From contig VGLL01000001.1 in the NCBI GenBank assembly GCA_016866735.1, positions 1 to 60,671 of the forward strand: a stretch of 60,671 bases of DNA. Direction: 5' to 3'. Position 1 is the stretch's first letter. Each line of letters starts with the position of its first letter. The notes under the pieces are model-generated. The model had not been told where the DNA came from. It saw only the letters and a program-made list of their open reading frames with translations, and ran no database searches. Made by a program: the position numbers and the translations under genes. Of this stretch, positions 35,244 through 43,060 are shown in pieces. This DNA comes from Candidatus Shapirobacteria bacterium (GTDB lineage Bacteria > Patescibacteriota > Microgenomatia > VGLL01).

Positions 35244-37018
35244 ATGAGAGAAGCATATTGCGGCGAATCCAAATCTACCTTTAAATCCAGTTTTCTGCCT
35301 TCACCTCTGGCTGAAAAAGTTCTCAGAGAAGGCCGTATCATAGGTGCCTCCGAGACACCTCAAATGATGATCAAAAGGATGGTCGAAGCGCTTTTTGTCC
35401 CCGAAACCTGCTTTGGGACCTCCACCGCCGAAATCCAGCGGTTAATCGAAGACTTCGGATTTTTTTTAGATGGAAAGTACTGCGTGATGAGTACGCCTGT
35501 CATGACAAATGCAGGCCGATATACAGATAGACCGTTATCTGCATGCGCTGTTCCGCCGCTTGATCTTCGAGGAGATCTCCGAAAAGTGAAACAAGTTGTT
35601 GATGAATTTCATCAAGCTGGTATGGGTACCGGCTTTAACCTTAATGATACCGAAAACCCAGTTGAGATTCTCGGATTTCTTAACGGTGTGGCCGTCGATG
35701 GTGCCAATAGCGGAAAGGAAAATCGTCCTGTTGGTAACATGGCAATTTTAAGTATCCACCACCCTCGCATCTTAGAGTTCATTGAGACGAAGGTTGGATC
35801 AGATGAGCGAGGAGAAAATTGGAAGTTTAATATCTCTATTGATGTAAGTCCAGAATTTATGTGTGCCGTTGGGGTAGGAGAGCATTATAGGCTAAGTGAT
35901 GGTACTTACCTAAATGCACGAGAAGTAATGTACCGCATTGCAGAAAGTGCTGTTGCCTGTGGAGACCCCGGATTGGTCTTTCTTGACCGTTTTGATAGAG
36001 ATAATCCCACGCCTGGGGTTGGAGCATATGTGGGCTAGCTCCTTGCGCAGAAGTGGGGCTCGTGGCTGGCGAATCATGCCAATTTGGGTATATCAACGTT
36101 GGTAAGTTTGTTGATCCGTTATCTGGTATTAACTATAGCCAGCTTGAAAAATTAATAAGATTAATGACTCGTGTTCTTGATAACGCTCTCGAATTTAGTA
36201 TTGAACATTACGCCCACCCACTTAATCAACAAGTAATGAGAGCAAAACGAAAAATCGGAGTAGGTATTTGCGGACTAGCTGATATGTTACTTCAACTTAG
36301 GTTACCATATAGCGATCTAAGATCAAGGAGAGTTGCGAAAGATGTTATAGCTTTCATTAACTACGTGTCCAAACTTGAATCTCATGAGCTTGCAAAACAA
36401 AGAGGCTCATTTGGGGCGATGGGCTTCGTTTCGGGTTGTCGATACAACGACAACCCTGGTTTTCTTGAGGAAAAATATGGATCTCTTGAAACAAGAACCG
36501 TTACTCCTATTATGTGGAGGGACCTTGCCTCTAAAATACGAGATACTCGGCTATTAAGAAATGCATCTACTGTTGCTCTACCCCCAACGGGAAGAAGTGG
36601 ACTCGTGATTGATGCATCTACAGGAATAGAGCCGATATTCTCGTTAGTTGGATACGGAGGAGAAATTAATCCATATCTTAAGCGAGAACTCGATAAAAGA
36701 CGGCTGCTTAACGAAGCTTTATGCCGACAAATTTTTGGACTCGGTCGTGTGGGAAGTATGGGAGGGGTTCCTCATGACATCAAAGCCGTCTATCAAACTG
36801 CGCTTGAGATAGAGCCGCAAGAACACCTTCTCATGGCTGGTGAAATTGAGAAAGCAGTTGACGAATCAATCGCGAAAACAGTAAATATACCAGGCGCATC
36901 AACTACCGACGATGTTGTGAAAATCTATCTTCAGGCGTATAAATTGCGTCTTAAGGGTATCACTATTTTTAGAACAGGAAGTAGAAAGATCCAGCCAAGA
37001 AAATTGGCAAATCTATGA
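35244..37018 (+). pseudogene. nrdJ: class II (adenosylcobalamin-type) ribonucleotide reductase interrupted by one frameshift near 36035
   Basis: ORF 35244-36038 ends ...GDPGLVFLDRFDRDNPTPGVGAYVG*. The frame shifted by -1 continues ..LAPCAEVGLVAGESCQFGYINV (the NPCGE..ESCNLGSINL active-site region) to 37018. Other RNR motifs are MSTPVMTNAG, LSACAV and HHPRILEFIETK. Confidence 0.75.
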
Positions 37019-37047
37019 AAGAAGTAAGGGGACACTATTAACCCGAT

Positions 37048-37674
37048 CTAAAATTGCGCTTCTTCTCTCATTAGCATATTTGTAACACTCTTTGGAACAA
37101 TTTGTTGACTTGAGATACCTAATTCTCGCAAAAAATCTTTAATCCTTGTCTTCGCCTCTTCGATTTTGTCTTTGGGAGTAATGATTTCAGCTTCAAGAAT
37201 TGGTCCGAAATCAACGATATCTTCAAAAACAAGGGCCATTCCTTCTACAGAATAGGTTGAGCGGTCTTTCTCTAATGTAAAGTATGGCTTGAAGCTCATC
37301 GTTTGCAAAATAGCTTTAGCCTCGTCAAAAGAATCAACTGCTATCTCATGCTCTTCCCAGGCATTGTGATCTCCGTATTGGGTAATCATTTTAGTGTTTA
37401 TTTCGATACGAGTTTTACCGTTTTCCACTTTTTGGCGAAGTCTCAAACTAAACGAGCCCACTGTGTTCATCTCGATTTCCGGAAAAGACTTAATATTTAT
37501 GGGGCAAAAATACGCATCTTTGAGGTGTTCTGTTTTCTCTAAAGTTGCACCCCTGGCTTCTAACAAATGGGTTAGTTCCCTTTTCTGTCTCGCCTTCAAC
37601 AAGGCTCTTATTTCAACCTCATGTAACCCTTTATCCTCTTTTGTAGGGAGTTCTCTTCCTATAGATCCTTTCAT
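37048..37674 (-). CDS. CYTH-domain protein (class IV adenylate cyclase / triphosphate tunnel metalloenzyme family)
   Basis: HEVEIRALL (ExExK motif, here ExExR), SFSLRLRQ, EINTKM, EEHEIAV, LEKDRSTY and ALVFEDIVDFGPILEAEI follow the CyaB-like CYTH strand pattern. Confidence 0.65.
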   Translation of the reverse strand: MKGSIGRELPTKEDKGLHEVEIRALLKARQKRELTHLLEARGATLEKTEHLKDAYFCPINIKSFPEIEMNTVGSFSLRLRQKVENGKTRIEINTKMITQYGDHNAWEEHEIAVDSFDEAKAILQTMSFKPYFTLEKDRSTYSVEGMALVFEDIVDFGPILEAEIITPKDKIEEAKTRIKDFLRELGISSQQIVPKSVTNMLMREEAQF

Positions 37675-37706
37675 ATACCTATTACCGTCGTAACTATTTT
37701 TTCATT

Positions 37707-37722
37707 TTGCTATAATTAGCAA
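37707..37722. promoter_or_regulatory. operator-like palindrome in the divergent CYTH / RHH-gene intergenic region
   Basis: TTGCTA-TAAT-TAGCAA is a 6-bp perfect inverted repeat that overlaps a TATAAT hexamer (37711-37716). It lies 43 nt upstream of the RHH-containing ORF. Confidence 0.5.
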
Positions 37723-37764
37723 TAGGAAACAAGAGCCATTATACTATAGAAAACATCTAAAGTC

Positions 37765-38373
37765 ATGTTTTATATGCGATATAAAACTCAACCGCCAAAA
37801 AACAAGAGAACAGTTTTTGTTACGTTTTCAAGTAAAAGACTTAACCCAGAATCAGGTTTCTCATACAAAGACTTTATCAAAGTTATTGAAGAAGATTGTA
37901 ATTTACACATCAAATATCGCTGGTTTGCGCGAAAACGGAAACATGATCCAGATAAAATTCATTATAATGCAGTGGTGGCTATAAACGAGGCAGATTTTTT
38001 TATTGCCGAAGTCTCGGTCGCTTCAATAGGAGTTGGACAACAAATCGCACATGCACTTCAGAAACAAATCCCAACATTCTTATGTTTGAGAACGGAGCTT
38101 AAAGATACGAATAACTTATCCTTCCTTAAGGGTACTAAATCAAGAAATCTTCATTTTATCTATTACACCGGCAGTGATGATCTTAAGAGAGAATTGTCTA
38201 AAAAAGTAAGCGTGGTCAAAAGAGATAACTTGGAAAAATTTAATTTTCTTGCGACACGCGAATTGAAACAACTTTTGAAACAAGAAAGTGAGAAACGTAG
38301 ACTTTCTCAATCAGCATTATTGAGGGAAATTATTGAAGAATGGGCAAATAATAAAAAAAAGAGTACAGCTTAA
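37765..38373 (+). CDS. fusion of a nucleoside 2-deoxyribosyltransferase-like (Rossmannoid) domain and a C-terminal ribbon-helix-helix DNA-binding domain
   Basis: TVFVTFSS...AINEADFFIAEVSVASIGVGQQIAHALQKQIPTFLCL matches the NDT-like pattern (..aD.viA....pS.G.G.EiG.A...g.Pv..l). The C-terminus FNFLATRELKQLLKQESEKRRLSQSALLREIIEEW is a CopG/Arc-type RHH. Confidence 0.5.
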   Translation: MFYMRYKTQPPKNKRTVFVTFSSKRLNPESGFSYKDFIKVIEEDCNLHIKYRWFARKRKHDPDKIHYNAVVAINEADFFIAEVSVASIGVGQQIAHALQKQIPTFLCLRTELKDTNNLSFLKGTKSRNLHFIYYTGSDDLKRELSKKVSVVKRDNLEKFNFLATRELKQLLKQESEKRRLSQSALLREIIEEWANNKKKSTA

Positions 38374-38391
38374 TAGTCCGCACACTAGAAT

Positions 38392-39071
38392 TTATAAGTG
38401 GAAAAGAACAGTTATTTCCCCTTTTGGCGGATTGTTAGAATAAAAAGCCTGAAATTCTGAAAGTTTTCCTCTCCTGGCCTCTTCGTAAATTTTTGTTAGT
38501 TCTCGGGCAATTACAATTTCGAGCTCACCGAAAATCATTTTAAGATCAACGAGGGTCTTTACCAGCCGGTGCGGGCTTTCAAAAAAGATTATCGTCCCTC
38601 TGAAAAATTTACTTACTGAGCGAAGATTTCGAGAAATCTGGAGCCATTTACCCTCTTTTTCGGTAGATAACCAAGAAATAGAAATTTGTCGGTAGGCAAT
38701 CCAGAGCAGACAAGGGAAGCTAAAAGTGCCGACGGGCCGGGAATTGCCTTGACTTTTGTCCCTTGTGAGAGACACTCCCTCACCAATTTATACCCAGGGT
38801 CAGAGATAGTAGGCGTGCCGGCACTGGAAACTAAGGCGACATTTTTACCACCCTTTAAATCTTCAATGAAAGGCGAGATGCGCTGGAGCCCATTTTGCTC
38901 ATAATAGGAAATTAGTCTTGCCTTTTTGACCACTCCTAGCTTTTCTAAAAGGAGGCCGGTTTTCCGCGTATCTGCAGGCAATAAGATCAACCTCGCCCAG
39001 CACTCTTAGCGTCGGACAGTAATATCTTCAAGGTTGCCAATTGGCGTCGAAACGACATATAAAGTGCCCAT
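38392..39071 (-). pseudogene. rsmI: 16S rRNA (cytidine1402-2'-O)-methyltransferase RsmI, disrupted by at least 3 frameshifts
   Basis: The minus strand from 39071 reads MGTLYVVSTPIGNLEDITVRR*. A second frame reads TLRVLGEVDLIAC. A third reads DTRKTGLLLEKLG...SAGTPTISDPGYKLV...IPGPSA..LPKK. A fourth reads ..TIIFFESPHRLVKTL..ARELTKIYEE. Together these are all the RsmI motifs, spread over four frames. Confidence 0.75.
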
Positions 39072-39111
39072 AGTTTTAATCTCTTGACAAATGCCTTATA
39101 ATAATTATTAG

Positions 39112-39146
39112 GAATGAGGGACTGGGGCTTTCCCGGGCCCTCATTC
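39112..39146. terminator. strong GC hairpin immediately after the DUF3800 stop (terminator candidate)
   Basis: GAATGAGGG-(17 nt containing a GGGG..CCC inner stem)-CCCTCATTC, with TTTT on the plus-strand side. Confidence 0.55.
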
Positions 39147-39148
39147 TT

Positions 39149-39895
39149 TTACGGAAATATCTTCAGTCCGTAGTTTAAGAAATCTTTGCTATTAGGTCTT
39201 CGGTGAAGCTTTTTTTGAACAATGGCAAATGCCTTATTCTCAGCCCCACTATTTAGCACCCACTTTCCTAAAGGGTAGGCGACTAGGTCAGCTATTTGCA
39301 TACCGGCAATGTTCTGCATTTTCTGACTAAACGAAAGATCGGCTAACTTTCTTTGAACTTCGGCGGCAGTAATATAACGGTGGTTATTTTCTTTAAATTT
39401 TTCATAAATCTTCGCTAATTTCTGATCGTTATGAGTTTCTCGCGATTCTATTTTTAACATCATTTTCTCTCTGGAGGCCCCAAGGTACATAACGGCACGC
39501 TCTAGTATAAACTGAAAACATAAGTGGTAGGGATTATCTGGAGCAGAATATTGGTTTTTGAGCTTATTCTTTTCGATGGCGGCTGAAATTACTTTAAATT
39601 CGAGTCTTTTAACAAGATTATCTAGGGCCTGGTAGAATTCTTCCCTTCTCTTTCTATCTACCAGACAGGCAAAATCACTCTTCTGCTTGCGAATATCATA
39701 AGAGCGGAGAATGAGATTGTTTTTGCCAAAAAAGCATATTTTCAACTCATTGACTTGTTTTTCTGCCTTTTCGAAGTAATAATCAAAATCGAAAATACAA
39801 CCAGCAAGAACAAACATAGGATAAGATTGATCAATCTTATCTAGACTGTGATCTCCTGACTCGTCAAGAAACATTATTTTCATCTGTGGCATCAC
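39149..39895 (-). CDS. DUF3800-family protein
   Basis: The N-terminus KIMFLDESGDHSL...MFVLAGCIF carries the characteristic DUF3800 D-E-S-G start. The gene is isolated on the minus strand between the rsmI pseudogene and uvrB. Confidence 0.6.
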   Translation of the reverse strand: MMPQMKIMFLDESGDHSLDKIDQSYPMFVLAGCIFDFDYYFEKAEKQVNELKICFFGKNNLILRSYDIRKQKSDFACLVDRKRREEFYQALDNLVKRLEFKVISAAIEKNKLKNQYSAPDNPYHLCFQFILERAVMYLGASREKMMLKIESRETHNDQKLAKIYEKFKENNHRYITAAEVQRKLADLSFSQKMQNIAGMQIADLVAYPLGKWVLNSGAENKAFAIVQKKLHRRPNSKDFLNYGLKIFP

Positions 39896-39984
39896 TAGCT
39901 TCAGTCGCTTTCAAAATATCCTCGAGCTATTTTTGAATCATTTCGGACTTTATTATACACTGAAATTACCTTAAAATTTAGGTA

Positions 39985-41997
39985 ATGAAATTCAAGCTAA
40001 CCTCTGATTTCGAGCCGACCGGAGACCAACCGGAAGCGATCCAAAGATTGACTTGGGGTGTTGAAGAGAACCTGAAACATCAAGTTCTCCTGGGCGTTAC
40101 CGGCAGCGGAAAGACATTTTCCGTAGCGGAAGTTATTGAAAAGACGCGGAAACCAACCTTAGTTATTTCTCATAACAAGACTCTAGCCGCCCAGCTTTAC
40201 CAAGAATTTCGCGATTTTTTCCCTAAGAACGCCGTCTGTTTTTTTGTCTCCTATTATGACTACTACCAACCGGAAGCTTATATTCCAAAGACCGATACCT
40301 ATATTGAGAAAGAAATAGAAATTAACGAAGAGATTGACAAGCTTCGTTTGGCAGCGACGACTAACATTTTAACTCGACCAGATGTGATTGTCGTTGCCTC
40401 AGTTTCCTGCATCTATAACCTCGGCAGCCCGCGAGAATATGGCCACTTTGTAATCGAACTGAAGGAGGGAGAAAGAGTTAGCCAGGAAGACATTTTAAGA
40501 AGGCTGGTTAATCTCCAGTATGATCGAGCGGACTATGATTTCAGGCGAGGAACTTTTCGGGTTAGAGGAGAAATGATTGATCTTTTTCCTGCTTACCAGG
40601 ATGAGGCCATTCGTATTGAGATAGAAGGAGGAAAGATTAAGAAAATCAAAAAACTTGATCCCTTAACCGGAAAAATTTTAAATTTTGAGTTTTCAATTTT
40701 AAACTCAGTAGTGATCTACCCCGCCAAGCATTATTTAACTGACCCGCGTGGCTATGAAGATATTTTTGAGGAGATAAAAAGCGATCTTAAGGCAAGGGTG
40801 GCGGAGCTAAAGGCAAGAGGAAAAGAGTTAGAGGCCCATCGGCTCTTGCAGCGGGTAAATTATGATTTGGAGATGATTAAAGAGATGGGTTATGTCAACG
40901 GCATCGAGAATTATTCCCGTTATTTTGATGGGCGTAAGCCGGGTGAGCCGCCTTTTACCTTACTTGACTATTTTCAGGAAGCCTATCAGGATAAGTGGCT
41001 CGTAGTAATTGACGAGTCGCATATGACCATTCCCCAGATTCGGGGAATGTATAACGGTGATCATTCGCGTAAAGAGGTTTTAATTGACTATGGCTTTAGA
41101 TTGCCCGCCGCTCTGGATAATCGGCCCCTTCGGTTTGATGAGTTTTTAAGAAGAGTGCCGCAAGTAATTTATACTTCCGCTACCCCTGACGAGTGGGAGA
41201 AAAGTCAGGCGGGCGGGGCGATCGTGGAGCAATTAATCAGGCCAACCGGTTTGGTTGATCCAGAGATTTTGGTTCGACCGACGGAGAACCAGATTCCTGA
41301 TTTAATAAAAGAGGTTCTTCTGCGAATTAAACGAGGCGAGAGGGTACTAGTGACTACTTTGACGAAAAGAATGGCCGAAGATTTAGCAGAATATTTAACT
41401 GAGCACGAAAAAGAAATTAAAGTGGCTTATTTACACAGCGAAATTGAAACGCTCAAGCGCCAGGATCTTTTGGACGATTTGAGGCTTGGCAATTTCGATT
41501 GCTTGGTGGGCATAAATCTCTTGCGGGAAGGTTTAGATTTGCCAGAAGTTTCTTTGGTAGCAATTCTCGATGCCGACAAAGAAGGGTTTTTGAGATCAGA
41601 AACCTCCTTGATTCAAGTGATGGGTCGGGCGGCCAGGCACATAAATAGCCAGGTAATTATGTATGCGGATAATATTACCGGCTCGATGAAGCGGGCTATG
41701 GCGGAAGTGGAAAGAAGAAGGGCGATTCAGGTTGCCTACAATAAAGCCCACGGAATTATCCCGCGGTCGATCATTAAACCAGTGAGGAAAAAACTAGTGG
41801 AAAAAGAGGAAAGAGCAAGTGAGCAATTAGCAATTGAGGGATTGGAGAAAGAGAAAATTGAACAAATGCTGCCGGAAGATAAGAAAAGATTGGTTAAAGA
41901 GCTGTCAAAAAGAATGCGCCTCGTCGCCGATGATCTCAACTTTGAACTCGCGGCAAAAATTAGAGATAAAATAAAAGAGATAGAAGGGATAAAATAA
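39985..41997 (+). CDS. uvrB: excinuclease ABC subunit B
   Basis: PTGDQPEAI, GVTGSGKT, VSYYDYYQPEAY, DESH and a C-terminal UVR domain (LNFELAAKIRDKIKEIE). Confidence 0.95.
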   Translation: MKFKLTSDFEPTGDQPEAIQRLTWGVEENLKHQVLLGVTGSGKTFSVAEVIEKTRKPTLVISHNKTLAAQLYQEFRDFFPKNAVCFFVSYYDYYQPEAYIPKTDTYIEKEIEINEEIDKLRLAATTNILTRPDVIVVASVSCIYNLGSPREYGHFVIELKEGERVSQEDILRRLVNLQYDRADYDFRRGTFRVRGEMIDLFPAYQDEAIRIEIEGGKIKKIKKLDPLTGKILNFEFSILNSVVIYPAKHYLTDPRGYEDIFEEIKSDLKARVAELKARGKELEAHRLLQRVNYDLEMIKEMGYVNGIENYSRYFDGRKPGEPPFTLLDYFQEAYQDKWLVVIDESHMTIPQIRGMYNGDHSRKEVLIDYGFRLPAALDNRPLRFDEFLRRVPQVIYTSATPDEWEKSQAGGAIVEQLIRPTGLVDPEILVRPTENQIPDLIKEVLLRIKRGERVLVTTLTKRMAEDLAEYLTEHEKEIKVAYLHSEIETLKRQDLLDDLRLGNFDCLVGINLLREGLDLPEVSLVAILDADKEGFLRSETSLIQVMGRAARHINSQVIMYADNITGSMKRAMAEVERRRAIQVAYNKAHGIIPRSIIKPVRKKLVEKEERASEQLAIEGLEKEKIEQMLPEDKKRLVKELSKRMRLVADDLNFELAAKIRDKIKEIEGIK

Positions 41998-42797
41998 TGG
42001 GAATTGATCCCGATTTTCTTTTAGGAAAATTTTACCAGCTTCAAGCGGGAATTTATTTTAATAAACCGATTAATTTGGGTTGGGTGAAGGTTTATACACA
42101 TGATCTTTTAGATGATGAATTTAATAATCACGCCCTGATTTATTCTTTAGAAGGTGATTGTCGAGAGGGAGTTGAAACGATAGAAGAGTTGTTAAGAGAA
42201 AGAAATAGAAAACCAGCATTGTACATTGCTCCTTTTTCAAAACCCCAAGATGTAAGAAGAGTTATAACTGACTTTGGCTATAAGCTATCCTTTTCTGATG
42301 CGTGGATGATTTATAAGAACACGAAAGACATAAAAATCGAAAGATTGGCAGCCGAAGTTGTTAAGATTAAAACGGGTGAAGAGATAAGGGCTTATGGCGA
42401 AGTTATTCGCTTGGGTTATTCAGGCCCGAAATCATTTGATAGCCCTTACGGCGGTGTTCCGATGGAAAATTTTATTATCGTGTCGCAGAAAGCGCTGCGC
42501 GATCAGCAATTTAAAAATCGCTTAGAAGGGTATTTGATTAAGAGCGATAAGAGATATGTTGCTGCCGGCCTACTACTTCGTGACGGAAAGTGCGGCTATG
42601 TTGCCGGCATTGCCAGCATTCCGGAGGCGAGAGGGAAAGGTTTTGGCAAACTAATCTCGCAGTTTATTACCAACCGATCGCTAGAACTCGGAAATGAGGT
42701 GACGTTTCTCGGAACTGAATTATCTTCGCGGAATGAAGAATTTTATCGGCGGCTAGGCTACAAAACCATTTTTACCGGCCACTGTTGTGTAAAGTAA
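41997..42797 (+). CDS. GNAT-family N-acetyltransferase
   Basis: YVAGIASIPEARGKGFGKLISQFI (acetyl-CoA binding R/Q-x-x-G-x-G/A motif) and EEFYRRLGYK. The start overlaps the uvrB stop. Confidence 0.7.
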   Translation: MGIDPDFLLGKFYQLQAGIYFNKPINLGWVKVYTHDLLDDEFNNHALIYSLEGDCREGVETIEELLRERNRKPALYIAPFSKPQDVRRVITDFGYKLSFSDAWMIYKNTKDIKIERLAAEVVKIKTGEEIRAYGEVIRLGYSGPKSFDSPYGGVPMENFIIVSQKALRDQQFKNRLEGYLIKSDKRYVAAGLLLRDGKCGYVAGIASIPEARGKGFGKLISQFITNRSLELGNEVTFLGTELSSRNEEFYRRLGYKTIFTGHCCVK

Positions 42798-42811
42798 GCG
42801 TGAAGTTATTT

Positions 42812-42837
42812 TGTATCATATATTAATATATGATACA
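42812..42837. promoter_or_regulatory. perfect 26-bp A+T-rich palindrome between the GNAT gene and uvrA
   Basis: TGTATCATATATT|AATATATGATACA is exactly self-complementary. It begins 15 nt after the GNAT stop. Confidence 0.5.
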
Positions 42838-42948
42838 TTGATCAGAGAGGGAATAGCTCAGGCCTTAATTATTCCTCGCGAAGAAAACTCAAGGCTTAGT
42901 GAAGATTGTTTTAAATCTTTTGCAGTCATTAACTTAATTTTTGTCATA

Positions 42949-42977
42949 TTGCTTTGCAAAATGTCAAATCATATAAT
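42949..42977 (+). promoter_or_regulatory. sigma70-like promoter upstream of uvrA
   Basis: TTGCTT (42949-42954), a 17-nt spacer, then TATAAT (42972-42977). Confidence 0.5.
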
Positions 42978-42993
42978 ATCCCTACCACGGGTA

Positions 42994-43035
42994 ACCCTTC
43001 GACTTCGCCGAGTCAAACTCGGCTTCGCTCAGGGT
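42994..43035 (+). other. GC-rich imperfect hairpin in the putative uvrA leader
   Basis: An outer stem ACCCT..AGGGT encloses an inner 7-bp stem GCCGAGT-CAA-ACTCGGC (43007-43023). Confidence 0.45.
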
Positions 43036-43060
43036 AAACGGTTTTAAGTTAAAAAATTTT

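Noticed and set aside
36020-36056. Programmed -1 ribosomal frameshift as the explanation for the split nrdJ.
   Set aside because: There is no X XXY YYZ slippery heptamer and no obvious downstream stimulatory structure at the junction. A single-base indel (genuine or an assembly error) is the simpler explanation.
42812-42837. Calling the palindrome a LexA (SOS) box.
   Set aside because: The end sequences resemble CTGT..ACAG boxes, but the spacing (16 nt rather than 8 nt between TGTAT and ATACA) does not fit any LexA consensus I know. No lexA gene is visible in the window.
42811-43047. A 78-aa ORF between the GNAT gene and uvrA.
   Set aside because: It is composed of the 26-bp palindrome, a promoter-like region and a GC hairpin. 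It has no motif, uses a TTG start and has odd composition, so it is more likely regulatory or non-coding DNA.
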